Shown here: piece by piece, positions 12,536-24,057 of the stretch
How positions within the stretch are numbered: position 1 is the first letter of the stretch
How the letters are laid out: every line of letters begins with the position of its first letter
Notes under the pieces: model-generated
What the model saw: the letters and a program-made list of their open reading frames with translations, nothing else
The model's database searches: none
What the model was told of the DNA's origin: nothing
NCBI GenBank assembly: GCA_963777955.1
Contig: CAVZSQ010000023.1
Span: 14,935 to 78,934, forward strand
DNA length: 64,000 bases
Direction: 5' to 3'
From: Calditrichia bacterium
GTDB lineage: Bacteria; Calditrichota; Calditrichia; JAJRVZ01
Program-made: the position numbers and the translations under genes

Positions 12536-15500
12536 ATGAAATATTTCAGGAAACTAGTGATACTAGTTTCATTTTTTGCCGTTTCCTGGGTTATCTCATT
12601 ATGGGCAGGAAATACCGGGAAGATTGCCGGGACGATAATCGATAAAGCCACAGGGGAAGCCTTTCAGGAGGTCAAAATCGCAATCGAGGGATTATCCATA
12701 AACACCCTTTCAGATGTAAAAGGTCAATATGTCATTTTGGCTGTTCCTCCAGGCAAATACGCTGTTAAATTCTCTTTCCCGGAGTACAAAGACATTATCA
12801 TATATGATGTTCAGATCGACATAGATCAGACCAGCTGGGTATATGTTGCTATGGAATTACAGCTCTCAGCGAATGATACGCTGGACCTGGGCGCGGAAAA
12901 TAAAATCATCCGGCCGGATGTTACTACTAGTTCAGTGACAATATCCAAGGAGCAGGTCCAGGAATTACCCATCAACAATGTAGTGAGCGCCATTGGGTTG
13001 CAGGCTGGAATCCGCGGTGGTTGGAATTCTGCTCTGGCTAGTGGCAGATATGTAAACCAGGGCTTCGGCGATGCATATTCACAAGGAAAAATCAGCGTAC
13101 AGGGAGACTTGACTATTCGCGCTGGCGACGGGGATAATATCCTTTTCCTGGTGGATGGTGTTACGATGAGGGATCCCAGGAATAATGAAACCCTGACCAA
13201 AATACCGTTGAGTGCTGTGAAAGAAGTCTCCGTAGAAAAGAACGGCTTCAGTGCCGAATATGGACAGGTTCAATCCGGAATTGTTCACGTCATCAGCAAA
13301 GAAGGTAGTAAAAATATATATTCCGGAAATTTACAACTCCGCTATACGCCACCTGCCCCAAAGTACTGGGACGGGGCGGGAATCCGGGATGTTCAGGATC
13401 CTTACTCATACCTGCTGCGTCCCTTTTTTGATCCTGCCGTGTGCTGGACCGGAACAGACAACGGATCATGGGATTATTATACACAACGACAATATATTGA
13501 ATTCGCAGGATGGAATGAATTTTCCAGGACATTAATTGCGGATGATGATCCGACCAACGATTTGACTCCAGCAGGAGCACAACGGGTATTCATGTATGAA
13601 ATCAGAAAAAAACGCCCCATGAATCAGTCCGATTATGATATCGATGCAGGATTTGGAGGACCTGTTCCACTAATCGGTCAGGCGTTGGGTAGCCTGCGTT
13701 TTTATACTTCACTACGTACTCATCGTGAGATGCTGTTATTCCCCCTAACCCGCCCGGATTACCGGGACTATGACTGGACCCTGCTGCTGAATTCCGATCT
13801 TACGCCGGCGATTCAACTTCGTTTAGCTATCATGAATGGAAAACAGTATACTATCCGTAACAACGATACGGAAACCGGTGTCTACTCATACCCGCATACT
13901 GCAGAGGAAATTGTTTACGCTACGGAAATTCAAAATAGATCTGTCGATCTATCTAAATTATTCTCGGATTTTTACTTCTGTTTGGCTGATATCGGGTACA
14001 ACTCTATTTCGGCCAGGCTGACTCATTCTTTAAGTTCTAAAACTTTCTACGAAGTATCATTAGAACATTTCCGGCGGGAATACAATGTACGACCACCCGC
14101 CTTGCGGGACACCAGTCGGCAATATGAAATTATTCCAGGTTATTTTGAGGATAGCAATCCATTCGGCTACTGGCCGTATCAATCAAAAGGATTATATGTA
14201 ACTGAGGGCAGATTTTCTTCCTTAGCCCGTGACTTTACTACCGTTAGTTCAACAACACTGAAAGCCGGTTTCAGTCATCAGCTAAACTTTCAGAATCTAC
14301 TAAAAACTGGATTCGAATTTGTTTATCATGATCTGCATTTCGATTACGGAACAATTCATTCTGGCAGCGGAGGTCAGGCTTATAGCGCTAGAGTACAGAT
14401 GAACGGTTTTCCTATCCGCGGAGCATTATATGCTCAGAACAAATTCGAAATTAGCAAACTGACTATAAATGCCGGATTACGTCTGGATTACAGCAATTCC
14501 AATAAAGACTGGTGGGATGTAGATCCATTCGATGGAAATTTCTTTTCATTCCGTTATAATCGCCTGAATTTAACTTTTGACAAACAGGCATCAAAAGTGA
14601 TATGGCAATTGAGTCCACGATTCAATCTAGCCTGGATGATTTTTGCTAATTCCAAGATTTTCTTTAACTATGGATATTTCAGAGAATTATCTCAATATGA
14701 GACACTATTTAGAGTCGAACGCGTCGATGGCAGTACTATGAAAAGTTTTGGAGATCCCAGTATCGTTCCGGCAAAGACTGTTGCCTATGAGATTGGATTT
14801 GAACAAATTCTATTTGCAGATATTTTATTTAATGGCACAATATTCAGAAAAGATATTTCAAACCAGCAAGATATCACTAATTATTCTTCCATTGCTATAC
14901 ATTATGCCAAAACAACTGCTAATTATTTTGAAACTCAAAGCGGTTTTGAGTTGACACTACGTAAAAATACTGGCAGATGGTTAACCGGTTTTATCAACTA
15001 CACCTACCAGGAAAATAAAAAAGGATATAATGGTAGTTTAAATCTATATGAGGATCCAAATGACCAGAGATTTTGGGATATGTATTTACCCCATTATAAT
15101 CATGATCACGCCAATCCCCAACCTTATGCCCGAGCCAGTATCAATTTACATACACCGGAAGAATTTGGTTCCGTAATAGCAGAACAAAAGCTGTTGGGCA
15201 GTCTATGTTTAAATATACTGGTGGACTGGCAGGCTGGCTACAGGTCTACCTATAATCCGAAAAATCTTCCCGATGTCCTATATAATGTTAAATCAGTGGA
15301 TTTCTTCAACATAGCGCTACGATTACAAAAAATCTTTGATTTCGGAAAGTTCAGCCTACAATTCTTTGTGGACATGGACAATGTCCTGAATTCCCTCCGG
15401 CTATGGATACCCAGCGAGGAGGCTTATTACTCAGACAATTATTATTACATGGCGTCCCTCCATCTGCCTAAAAGCGAAGCGTATGATAACATTCCCGGTC

Positions 15501-15814
15501 ATGACGAAGTCGGTGACTACCGCAAGCCGGGTGTCGAATATCAACCTATGGTATATTTTACCGAACTCAATCGGAATACTGAGGGGCAAACCCGCCCGAT
15601 CTATTATGACAGTAAAAATGGTCAGTACTGGCAGTACACCGATAATCCAAATATTCCTGTCTACCAGCGCTGGAACAGGGTTGAGCAATCCAGAATTGAC
15701 GATATCAATAAAGATAAGGCATATATTGACATGCCGAACGCTTCCACTTTCTGGTTTTTAAATCCACGGACCATTTTCTTTGGACTTAATGTATCTTTTC
15801 ATTTCAATGATTGA
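12536..15814 (+). CDS. TonB-dependent receptor 2 (paralog of receptor 1)
   Basis: Intact ORF of about 1090 aa; GNTGKIAG, GFSAEYG, C-terminal NPRTIFFGLNVSF; many motifs shared with 1435-4679. Confidence 0.9.
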   Translation: MKYFRKLVILVSFFAVSWVISLWAGNTGKIAGTIIDKATGEAFQEVKIAIEGLSINTLSDVKGQYVILAVPPGKYAVKFSFPEYKDIIIYDVQIDIDQTSWVYVAMELQLSANDTLDLGAENKIIRPDVTTSSVTISKEQVQELPINNVVSAIGLQAGIRGGWNSALASGRYVNQGFGDAYSQGKISVQGDLTIRAGDGDNILFLVDGVTMRDPRNNETLTKIPLSAVKEVSVEKNGFSAEYGQVQSGIVHVISKEGSKNIYSGNLQLRYTPPAPKYWDGAGIRDVQDPYSYLLRPFFDPAVCWTGTDNGSWDYYTQRQYIEFAGWNEFSRTLIADDDPTNDLTPAGAQRVFMYEIRKKRPMNQSDYDIDAGFGGPVPLIGQALGSLRFYTSLRTHREMLLFPLTRPDYRDYDWTLLLNSDLTPAIQLRLAIMNGKQYTIRNNDTETGVYSYPHTAEEIVYATEIQNRSVDLSKLFSDFYFCLADIGYNSISARLTHSLSSKTFYEVSLEHFRREYNVRPPALRDTSRQYEIIPGYFEDSNPFGYWPYQSKGLYVTEGRFSSLARDFTTVSSTTLKAGFSHQLNFQNLLKTGFEFVYHDLHFDYGTIHSGSGGQAYSARVQMNGFPIRGALYAQNKFEISKLTINAGLRLDYSNSNKDWWDVDPFDGNFFSFRYNRLNLTFDKQASKVIWQLSPRFNLAWMIFANSKIFFNYGYFRELSQYETLFRVERVDGSTMKSFGDPSIVPAKTVAYEIGFEQILFADILFNGTIFRKDISNQQDITNYSSIAIHYAKTTANYFETQSGFELTLRKNTGRWLTGFINYTYQENKKGYNGSLNLYEDPNDQRFWDMYLPHYNHDHANPQPYARASINLHTPEEFGSVIAEQKLLGSLCLNILVDWQAGYRSTYNPKNLPDVLYNVKSVDFFNIALRLQKIFDFGKFSLQFFVDMDNVLNSLRLWIPSEEAYYSDNYYYMASLHLPKSEAYDNIPGHDEVGDYRKPGVEYQPMVYFTELNRNTEGQTRPIYYDSKNGQYWQYTDNPNIPVYQRWNRVEQSRIDDINKDKAYIDMPNASTFWFLNPRTIFFGLNVSFHFND

Positions 15815-15835
15815 ATAAACTTAAGGAATATCACT

Positions 15836-17579
15836 ATGCACCGTTTCTTAATCAGCACTCTGACCATACTGCTCTCGGTAATTCTTCCCTGCACTGCGCA
15901 ACCTCCTGCCGAAATAACTATAACCGGAAAGTACAGCCAACCAAATTCTCCGGCCTGGCTGCCCCAGGCTGTTTTTTACCAGATCTACCCGCAGACATTT
16001 TATGACAGCAACGGTGACGGTATCGGCGACCTGCAGGGTATCATCCAGAAACTTGATTACGTAAAAAGTCTGGGCGTGGACGGGATCTGGATCAATCCTT
16101 TTTTCAAATCACCCTTTAACGATGCTGGGTATGATATATCCGATTACTACCAGGTCGCTCCGCGTTACGGTACCACCGAGGATGCTAAACAACTATTTTC
16201 TGAAGCACACCGGCTTGGTTTGAAAATTCTGTTTGATTATGTAGCCAGTTACACCTCTATCGAAAATCCCTGGTTTCAGGAATCGGCACAGCAACAACCC
16301 AATAAATACTCTAACTGGTACATCTGGACAGAAAATATCTGGCTCAATCCGCCCCAGGCCTATTTTGATCTCTTCATTAAAGGATACGGGCGGCGCAACG
16401 GCCAGTTCATGCGTAATTTTTACTGGTGCCAGCCGGCACTTAACTATGGCTTTGTCAATCCCCAGGAAAAATGGCAACTGCCGGTCGATCATCCCGATGT
16501 ATTGGCCATGCGCGAGGAAATGAAGAAAGTAATGCGTTACTGGCTGGATATGGGTGCAGACGGTTTTCGTGCCGATATGGCCGGTGCACTGGTTAAAAAT
16601 GCCCATATCAAAGAAGGCGATCCGTTTTTACAATATGCGTGACCAGGGTACTGAGCAATTCTGGAGCGAGATCCGCGCCATCCTCGATGCCGAATATCCC
16701 CAGGCTTTTATGGTATCGGAATGGTCGTATCCGGAGTCTGCCCTGCGGGCCGGTTTCCATGCCGATTTTTACCACTGGTTTGGCGGCTATAATGACCTGC
16801 TGCAAAAGGAGAGTTGGCGTATCCTAAACGGCTATTCCGCAGGACATAGTTTCTTTGACCGGGCCGGAAAAGGAAATATCAAGAATTTCCTGGATCAATA
16901 TATGATCCAGTACAATAAAACCAAAAACCTGGGTTATATCTGTCTGCCCCTGGGCAATCATGATCTGGCACGTGTGAATACCGAGCGCAGCGACCGGGAA
17001 CTGGAAATGATCTTCGCTTTTTCGCTGACTGTGCCCGGGATTCCATTTATTTATTACGGCAATGAAATCGGTATGCGCCAGTTGTACGACTTGCCGCATG
17101 TCGAAGGGGCCTATAAACCACGGGCCGGGGCCCGCACCCCTATGCAGTGGAATTCCGGAAAAAACCTCGGCTTCTCCGCGGCAGATGTACCGGAAAAACT
17201 CTATCTGCCGGTGGATAGTGCTGCCGATGCCCCCACGGTGGAAAAGCAACAGGATAATCCAAAATCTTTATTGAACCAGGTCAGGAGTTTGATCAAACTC
17301 AGAAAAACCGAACCGGCCCTGGCGGCTTACGCCGAATTCGTCCCGGTCTATGCCAGGGAAAACACCTATCCCCTGGTATTTGTCCGGGCTGCGGGCAAAG
17401 AAACCGTGCTGGCCGTTTTTAATCCAGCCGACCGGCCCGAAACTGCCAGATTTAAATTGAACCTGTCGGCTAAAAACTTCAAATTACTGGCCGGCGATCA
17501 ACTGAAAATTACCTGTCATAAAGGGGATTATACAGTGGATATATCTCCGATCTCCTATGCACTCTATAAATTGAAATAA
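15836..17579 (+). CDS. GH13 alpha-glucosidase/trehalose-synthase-like enzyme with signal peptide (frameshift near 16620)
   Basis: FYQIYPQTFYDSNGDGIGDLQG, GYDISDY, GFRADMA, SEW, NHD, IYYGNEIGM, RTPMQW. Confidence 0.88.
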
Positions 17580-17630
17580 ATAACCCGAAATCGGATAAAA
17601 TCAAACGCCAAACACAGGAATATCACCGAG

Positions 17631-18858
17631 ATGATCCACGCAAAACTTACCACCAAAGAAAATCTATTCCCTTTCATTCTGATCACTGCCCTGTTCTTCC
17701 TCTGGGGTATTGCCCACGGACTTCTGGACGTCCTGAACAAACATTTCCAGGTAATCCTGCAGATCTCCAAGGCCCGCTCGGGACTTATACAATTTGCCGT
17801 GTATATGGCTTATTTTACCATGGCCCTGCCGGCCGGATTATTCCTGAAACGGTTCGGTTACCGCAAGGGGATAATTTTAGGACTTGCTGCTGTTTGCCGG
17901 GAGCGCCTTTCTGATTGCCGCCACTACATCCCTTGAATCATTCTGGATATTTTTAGTTTGTCTTTTCACTCTGGGTTGCGGCCTGACCACCCTGGAAACG
18001 GCAGCCAATCCCTACACCACTAAACTCGGGCCGCCTGAATCGGCCGAGCGAAGAATTAATCTCTCCCAATCGTTCAATGGATTGGCCTGGACCGTCGGGC
18101 CATTGATTGGTTTGTATATTTACGGAAATACCGGAACGCAGGAGGGTGAAAAACTGGGTTCTTTGATGTTACCCTATTTAATCATAGGTGTGGTGGTCTT
18201 TTTAGTGGCACTTATTTTCATGAGAACACACCTGCCGGAAATAGAAGATGAAGAGGTTGGGATAGCGCAGCACACATCTGCCAATGATACGCCCTTAATC
18301 GAACAGCGGCATTTCGTTTTAGGAGTTCTGGCCCAGTTCGCCTATGTGGCAGCGCAAACCGGAGTGTTCAGTTATCTGATTAACTTTATAACCGATGAAA
18401 GCCTGCAACCCCATTTTGATAGAGCCTATGGCCCGTATTTCCTGTCGGTAGGATTCGCCCTGTTCATGACCGGGCGAATGTCCGGCAGTTATCTGATGAG
18501 TTTTATCAAACCGACCAGACTGCTGGCTATATATGCAACTGCCTGTGTGCTCTTGCTGCCGGTCGTCAGCGGAGGCTACGGCTGGTATTCCATTATCGCC
18601 CTCTACCTGATATTTTTCTTTATGTCCATCATGTTCCCTACAATTTTCGCGCTTGGTATCAAGGGTTTGGGCCACCAGACAAAAAAAGCCTCTTCTTTTA
18701 TAGTCATGGCCATTGTAGGTGGCGCTATATTTCCACCGCTGATGGGCTGGATTGCTGATAATTCCTCCATGTCCGTCGGCTTCCTGGCCCCGATTCCCCT
18801 GTTCATCTTTATTGTATTTTATGCTATCAAAGGACACATAATCAGAAAGCAGGTTTAA
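17631..18858 (+). CDS. fucP: L-fucose:H+ symporter family MFS permease (frameshift near 17885)
   Basis: LFFLWG, LETAANPY, RINLSQSFNGL, FMSIMFPTIFALG, MAIVGGA. Confidence 0.88.
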
Positions 18859-18860
18859 TT

Positions 18861-19232
18861 ATGGAATACTACAACCAGTCATCACACTCCACCTATAAAA
18901 GGTACTGCAAAACGCTGGAATTGAGAAATGACCCTGCTCTGATCGACGAGTATAAAAAAGTGCATGCCTGGGGCAAGGCCTGGCCTGAAATCACCAGGGG
19001 TATGAAAGAAGTTGGTATTATCGATATGGAAATTTATTTGTGGGGTACCCGCTTGTTCATGATCATGGATACACTTCCCGATTTCGATCATGAACAGGCG
19101 ATGAGTGTGCTGGCCAAAAAACCGCGCCAGGCTGAATGGGAAGCATTCGTCTCCCGTTTTCAGCAAACATCCGAATCTGCCTCTGCAGATGCAAAATGGC
19201 AATTAATGGAACGGATTTATAAATTGGATTAG
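18861..19232 (+). CDS. L-rhamnose/L-fucose mutarotase family protein
   Basis: RYC..L.L..DP.LI.EYKK.H..WPEI, MEIY, WE.F.S.FQ; fucose operon context. Confidence 0.85.
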   Translation: MEYYNQSSHSTYKRYCKTLELRNDPALIDEYKKVHAWGKAWPEITRGMKEVGIIDMEIYLWGTRLFMIMDTLPDFDHEQAMSVLAKKPRQAEWEAFVSRFQQTSESASADAKWQLMERIYKLD

Positions 19233-19234
19233 AA

Positions 19235-20068
19235 ATGAAAATCGATAGTCACCAGCATTTCTGGAGATATAATCCTGCCGAATATGGCTGGATCAGTGAC
19301 CAAATGAAAGTTTTACGCCGCGACTTTCTGCCGGCTGACCTGAAGATTGAATTGCAGCAGAGCGGTTTTCAGGGTTCGATCGCCGTGCAGGCGCGGCAAA
19401 GTCTGACCGAAACACAATGGCTGCTGGAATTGGCTGACCAGAATCCGTTCATCAAAGGAGTTGTGGGCTGGATTGATCTTTGTGCGCCGGATGTAGAACA
19501 GCAAATATTAAAGTTTGTAAAAAATCCACGATTTGTCGGCGTGCGGCATATCATCCAGGACGAACCGGATGAGGCTTTTATGCTCCGGGCGGATTTTATC
19601 AATGGCCTGCACTGTCTGCAAAAATATGATCTGACTTACGATCTGTTAGTATTTCCCAAACACCTGTCCAATGCGATAAAACTGGTGGCCCAGTTTCCCG
19701 GGATGCGTTTTGTACTCGATCATCTGGCCAAACCTTTCATCCAAAAACAGATCATTTCTCCCTGGCGGGAAGGATTGATTGAATTAGCGCATTACCCGAA
19801 CACCTGGTGTAAAATATCGGGAATGGTTACTGAAGCGGATTGGCAAAACTGGAAATATGAAGATTTTGTTCCGTATCTCGATACAGTTTTGCAAGCCTTC
19901 GGTCCCGAACGGGTATTGATCGGTTCCGATTGGCCGGTATGTACACTGGCTGGAAGTCATCATAAAGTGATATCAATAGTACTCCGTTTCATCGAAAAAT
20001 TTACAGCTGCGCAACAGGCAGCCATCTTAGGGCATAATGCAAAACACGTTTACAAATTAAAATTATAA
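19235..20068 (+). CDS. Amidohydrolase-2 family, probable L-fuconolactonase
   Basis: IDSHQHFW, GVVGW, VLDHLAKP, CKISG, GSDWPVC. Confidence 0.85.
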   Translation: MKIDSHQHFWRYNPAEYGWISDQMKVLRRDFLPADLKIELQQSGFQGSIAVQARQSLTETQWLLELADQNPFIKGVVGWIDLCAPDVEQQILKFVKNPRFVGVRHIIQDEPDEAFMLRADFINGLHCLQKYDLTYDLLVFPKHLSNAIKLVAQFPGMRFVLDHLAKPFIQKQIISPWREGLIELAHYPNTWCKISGMVTEADWQNWKYEDFVPYLDTVLQAFGPERVLIGSDWPVCTLAGSHHKVISIVLRFIEKFTAAQQAAILGHNAKHVYKLKL

Positions 20069-20085
20069 ATTAATACAAGTGAGCG

Positions 20086-21390
20086 ATGTCAATCAAAATT
20101 AAAAATATCATTGTGAAAGATATCCGCTTCCCGACCAGTAAATATCTGGATGGTTCGGATGCCATGAATCCCGATCCTGATTATTCCGCAGCCTATGTCA
20201 TACTGGAAACTGATCATCCGGCGGGTATCGCCGGGCATGGTCTGACTTTTACCATCGGCAGGGGCAACGAAATAGTGGTTCAGGCTATAAAATCCCTGGC
20301 CTTTCTGGTCCAGGGCAAAACATTAGAATCTTTTACCTGTGACATGGCCGGATTCTGGAGAATGATCACCGGTGACAGTCAACTGCGCTGGCTGGGACCT
20401 GAAAAAGGGATCATGCAACTGGCCCTGGGTGCGATGATTAATGCGGTATGGGATCTGTATGCCAAGGTCGAAAAAAAACCGCTGTGGCAACTAATTGCCG
20501 GCATGACCCCGGAGCAATTCCTCGCGCTGATCGATTTTACCTATATCTCTGATGCCATAACTCCGCAGGAAGCACTGGCCTTATTAAAGAAAAACGAATC
20601 ATCCAAAAAGAACAGGATCGAAGATCTGCGGCAAAACGGCTATCCCGCTTATACCACTTCAGCCGGATGGCTGGGTTACAGCGACGAAAAGATCAGAAAA
20701 TTATGCCGCGAAGCAAAACAGCAGGGTTGGAAATATTTAAAAATGAAGGTAGGGTCGAATATCGACGATGATCTGCGTCGTGCTGCCATCATCCGCGAGG
20801 AAATCGGTTATGAACTAAAACTGATGATGGACGCCAATCAAAAATGGAATGTCGGCGAGGCCATATCGAATATGCAAAAATTGATTAAATTCCAGCCATG
20901 GTGGATTGAAGAACCAACCAGCCCGGACGACATCCTGGGTCATAAAAGAATTGCCGGGGCAGTCCGGCCGGTCAAGGTTGCCACCGGCGAGCATTGTCCC
21001 AACCGCGTGATGTTCAAGCAATTTATCACCTCCGGCGCGATCGATGTCTGCCAGATCGATAGTTGCCGCATGGCCGGGGTCAACGAAGTCCTGGCTGTTC
21101 TCCTGCTGGCCGCCAAATACAATGTACCGGTATGTCCGCACGCCGGAGGGGTCGGCTTATGCGAATATGTACAACACCTGGCTATGATCGATTACATCTG
21201 TGTTTCCGCCTCGCTGGAAAACAGGGTAATCGAATATGTCGATCACCTTCATGAACATTTTGTCAATCCGGTAACAATAAAAAACGGCGCTTACCTGCCG
21301 CCGACCGTACCGGGATACAGTATCACCATGAAGCCGGAAAGTCTGCTGAGTTATGCTTATCCGGCTGGCGAGATATGGAGTCAGAAATAA
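20086..21390 (+). CDS. fucD: L-fuconate dehydratase (enolase superfamily)
   Basis: DIRFPTS..DGSDAMNPDPDYS, FTIGRG, PAYTTSAGWLGYSD, KMKVG, DANQ, IEEP, TGEH, PVCPHAGGVGL. Confidence 0.9.
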   Translation: MSIKIKNIIVKDIRFPTSKYLDGSDAMNPDPDYSAAYVILETDHPAGIAGHGLTFTIGRGNEIVVQAIKSLAFLVQGKTLESFTCDMAGFWRMITGDSQLRWLGPEKGIMQLALGAMINAVWDLYAKVEKKPLWQLIAGMTPEQFLALIDFTYISDAITPQEALALLKKNESSKKNRIEDLRQNGYPAYTTSAGWLGYSDEKIRKLCREAKQQGWKYLKMKVGSNIDDDLRRAAIIREEIGYELKLMMDANQKWNVGEAISNMQKLIKFQPWWIEEPTSPDDILGHKRIAGAVRPVKVATGEHCPNRVMFKQFITSGAIDVCQIDSCRMAGVNEVLAVLLLAAKYNVPVCPHAGGVGLCEYVQHLAMIDYICVSASLENRVIEYVDHLHEHFVNPVTIKNGAYLPPTVPGYSITMKPESLLSYAYPAGEIWSQK

Positions 21391-21416
21391 AATAATGATA
21401 AAACAGGATCCAGAGC

Positions 21417-22196
21417 ATGAAAGATCAGTTATTAAAAGGTAAAAATGCCATTGTAACCGGTGGAGCCAGCGGCATCGGCGCAGCAATTTCAAAAAAATTT
21501 GCCGCCGCAGGGGCGCAGGTGCATATACTCGATTGCAATGGTGATTTAGCCAAAACGGTAGCCGTTGAGATCACCAAAAAAAAACAACAGGGTGTATTTC
21601 ACTCCTGCGATGTCTCCGATCAGCAGGATGTGCTGCGTACCATAAATTCCATCGCCGCCGCGCAGCCAATTAATATATTGATAAACAATGCCGGGGTGGC
21701 TCATGTCGGTAACGCCGAAAATACCTCGGAACAGGACTTCGACCGGCTATACCGTATAAATGTAAAAGGTGTCTATAATTGCCTGCATGCCGCCCTGCCC
21801 CATATGAAAAAGAATAATAGCGGTTGCATTGTCAACATGGCTTCCATAGCTGCAGTGGTGGGTCTGGCCGACCGTTTTGCCTATTCGATGACCAAAGGTG
21901 CCGTGCTGACCATGACTTACTCGGTAGCCAGGGATTACATCAAGTACAATATCCGCTGTAACGCCATCTCTCCCGCCCGTATCCACACCCCGTTTGTGGA
22001 TGGTTTTATCACCAAGAACTATCCCGGTAAAGAGCAGGAAATGTTTACCCAGTTATCAAAAACCCAACCCCTGGGCCGGATGGGTAAACCTGAAGAGGTT
22101 GCCGACCTGGCACTGTTCCTGTGTTCCGAGCAGGCTGCCTTTATAACCGGGACTAATTTTCCAATTGACGGTGGCTTTATTAAATTAAATTCGTGA
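21417..22196 (+). CDS. SDR, probable 2-keto-3-deoxy-L-fuconate dehydrogenase
   Basis: TGGASGIG, NNAG, RFAYSMTK, PARIHTPFVD; operon context. Confidence 0.8.
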   Translation: MKDQLLKGKNAIVTGGASGIGAAISKKFAAAGAQVHILDCNGDLAKTVAVEITKKKQQGVFHSCDVSDQQDVLRTINSIAAAQPINILINNAGVAHVGNAENTSEQDFDRLYRINVKGVYNCLHAALPHMKKNNSGCIVNMASIAAVVGLADRFAYSMTKGAVLTMTYSVARDYIKYNIRCNAISPARIHTPFVDGFITKNYPGKEQEMFTQLSKTQPLGRMGKPEEVADLALFLCSEQAAFITGTNFPIDGGFIKLNS

Positions 22197-22203
22197 GCAG
22201 AAA

Positions 22204-23061
22204 ATGAAATTAATCAGATTTGGCCAGACGGGTAAAGAAAAACCCGGGGTAATTTTGAGTGACGGTACACGGCGGGATGTCAGTGCCTGTACCAAAGATT
22301 TCAATGAATCCTTCTTCGAAAACGATGGTTTGTCTGAATTGCAGTACTGGCTTGAGAAAAATGGCAAAAGCGCTTCCCTGGTCAAGGACGATATCAGGCT
22401 GGGACCACCTGTGGCCCGGCCGTCTAAAATAATTTGCATCGGACTTAATTATGCCAAACATGCCCGGGAGACCGGAGCTGCAGCTCCTGCCGAACCGATA
22501 TTATTTTTTAAATCTACAACTGCTCTGACCGGTCCCTATGATAACATTATTATTCCCCGGAACAGTGAAAAGACCGACTGGGAAGTCGAGCTGGCCGTGG
22601 TCATCGGTAAAAAAGCCCTCTATATCGATGAAGCCGAGGCGATTAAATATGTTGCCGGATATGCCTTGCATAACGATCTCAGTGAACGGGCTTTTCAACT
22701 GGAAAGAGGCGGCCAATGGGTAAAAGGCAAAAGCGCCGATACCTTTGCCCCGCTGGGTCCTTTCCTGGCCAGCCAGGATGAAATCAGTGATCCGCACAAT
22801 TTAAATTTGTGGTTGAAGTTGAACGGAACCGTAATGCAATCGTCAAATACTTCCGATTTAATTTTTAAAATACCATTCCTGGTCAGTTATATCAGCCAGT
22901 TCATGACTCTGCTGCCGGGCGATATTATTTCCACCGGAACACCATCGGGGGTCGGGATGGGTCAAAAGCCACCCAAATACCTGCGCCCTGGTGATGTAGT
23001 CGAGCTGGGTATTGATGGTTTAGGAACAGCCAAACAGCATGTAGTCGCCTGGAGAAGTTAA
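22204..23061 (+). CDS. Fumarylacetoacetate hydrolase family, probable 2,4-diketo-3-deoxy-L-fuconate hydrolase
   Basis: KIICIGLNY, DWEVEL, NDLSER, GKSADTF, PGDIISTGTP. Confidence 0.87.
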   Translation: MKLIRFGQTGKEKPGVILSDGTRRDVSACTKDFNESFFENDGLSELQYWLEKNGKSASLVKDDIRLGPPVARPSKIICIGLNYAKHARETGAAAPAEPILFFKSTTALTGPYDNIIIPRNSEKTDWEVELAVVIGKKALYIDEAEAIKYVAGYALHNDLSERAFQLERGGQWVKGKSADTFAPLGPFLASQDEISDPHNLNLWLKLNGTVMQSSNTSDLIFKIPFLVSYISQFMTLLPGDIISTGTPSGVGMGQKPPKYLRPGDVVELGIDGLGTAKQHVVAWRS

Positions 23062-23066
23062 TCCAT

Positions 23067-23150
23067 TTCCCCCTTAAAAAAGGGGGTGAGGGGGTTGTTT
23101 TGCATGATGGCAATGATAACAACCCCCTACCCCCCTTTATTAAGGGGGAA
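23067..23150. repeat. Inverted doublet of CCCCCTT-N-AAGGGGG palindromic units
   Basis: TTCCCCCTTAAAAAAGGGGGTGAGGGGGTTGTT ... AACAACCCCCTACCCCCCTTTATTAAGGGGGAA, intergenic. Confidence 0.75.
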
Positions 23151-23264
23151 TCGACATTGAGATACATTTTTCTATCTTTATTAACACAAAAATGTTGAAG
23201 TGTCACAACAGGTCAGGGAAAATTTGTTTATACTTAAATAAATCAATCAACAGAGTGAGGAAAT

Positions 23265-24056
<792 letters not shown>

Positions 24057-24057
<1 letters not shown>

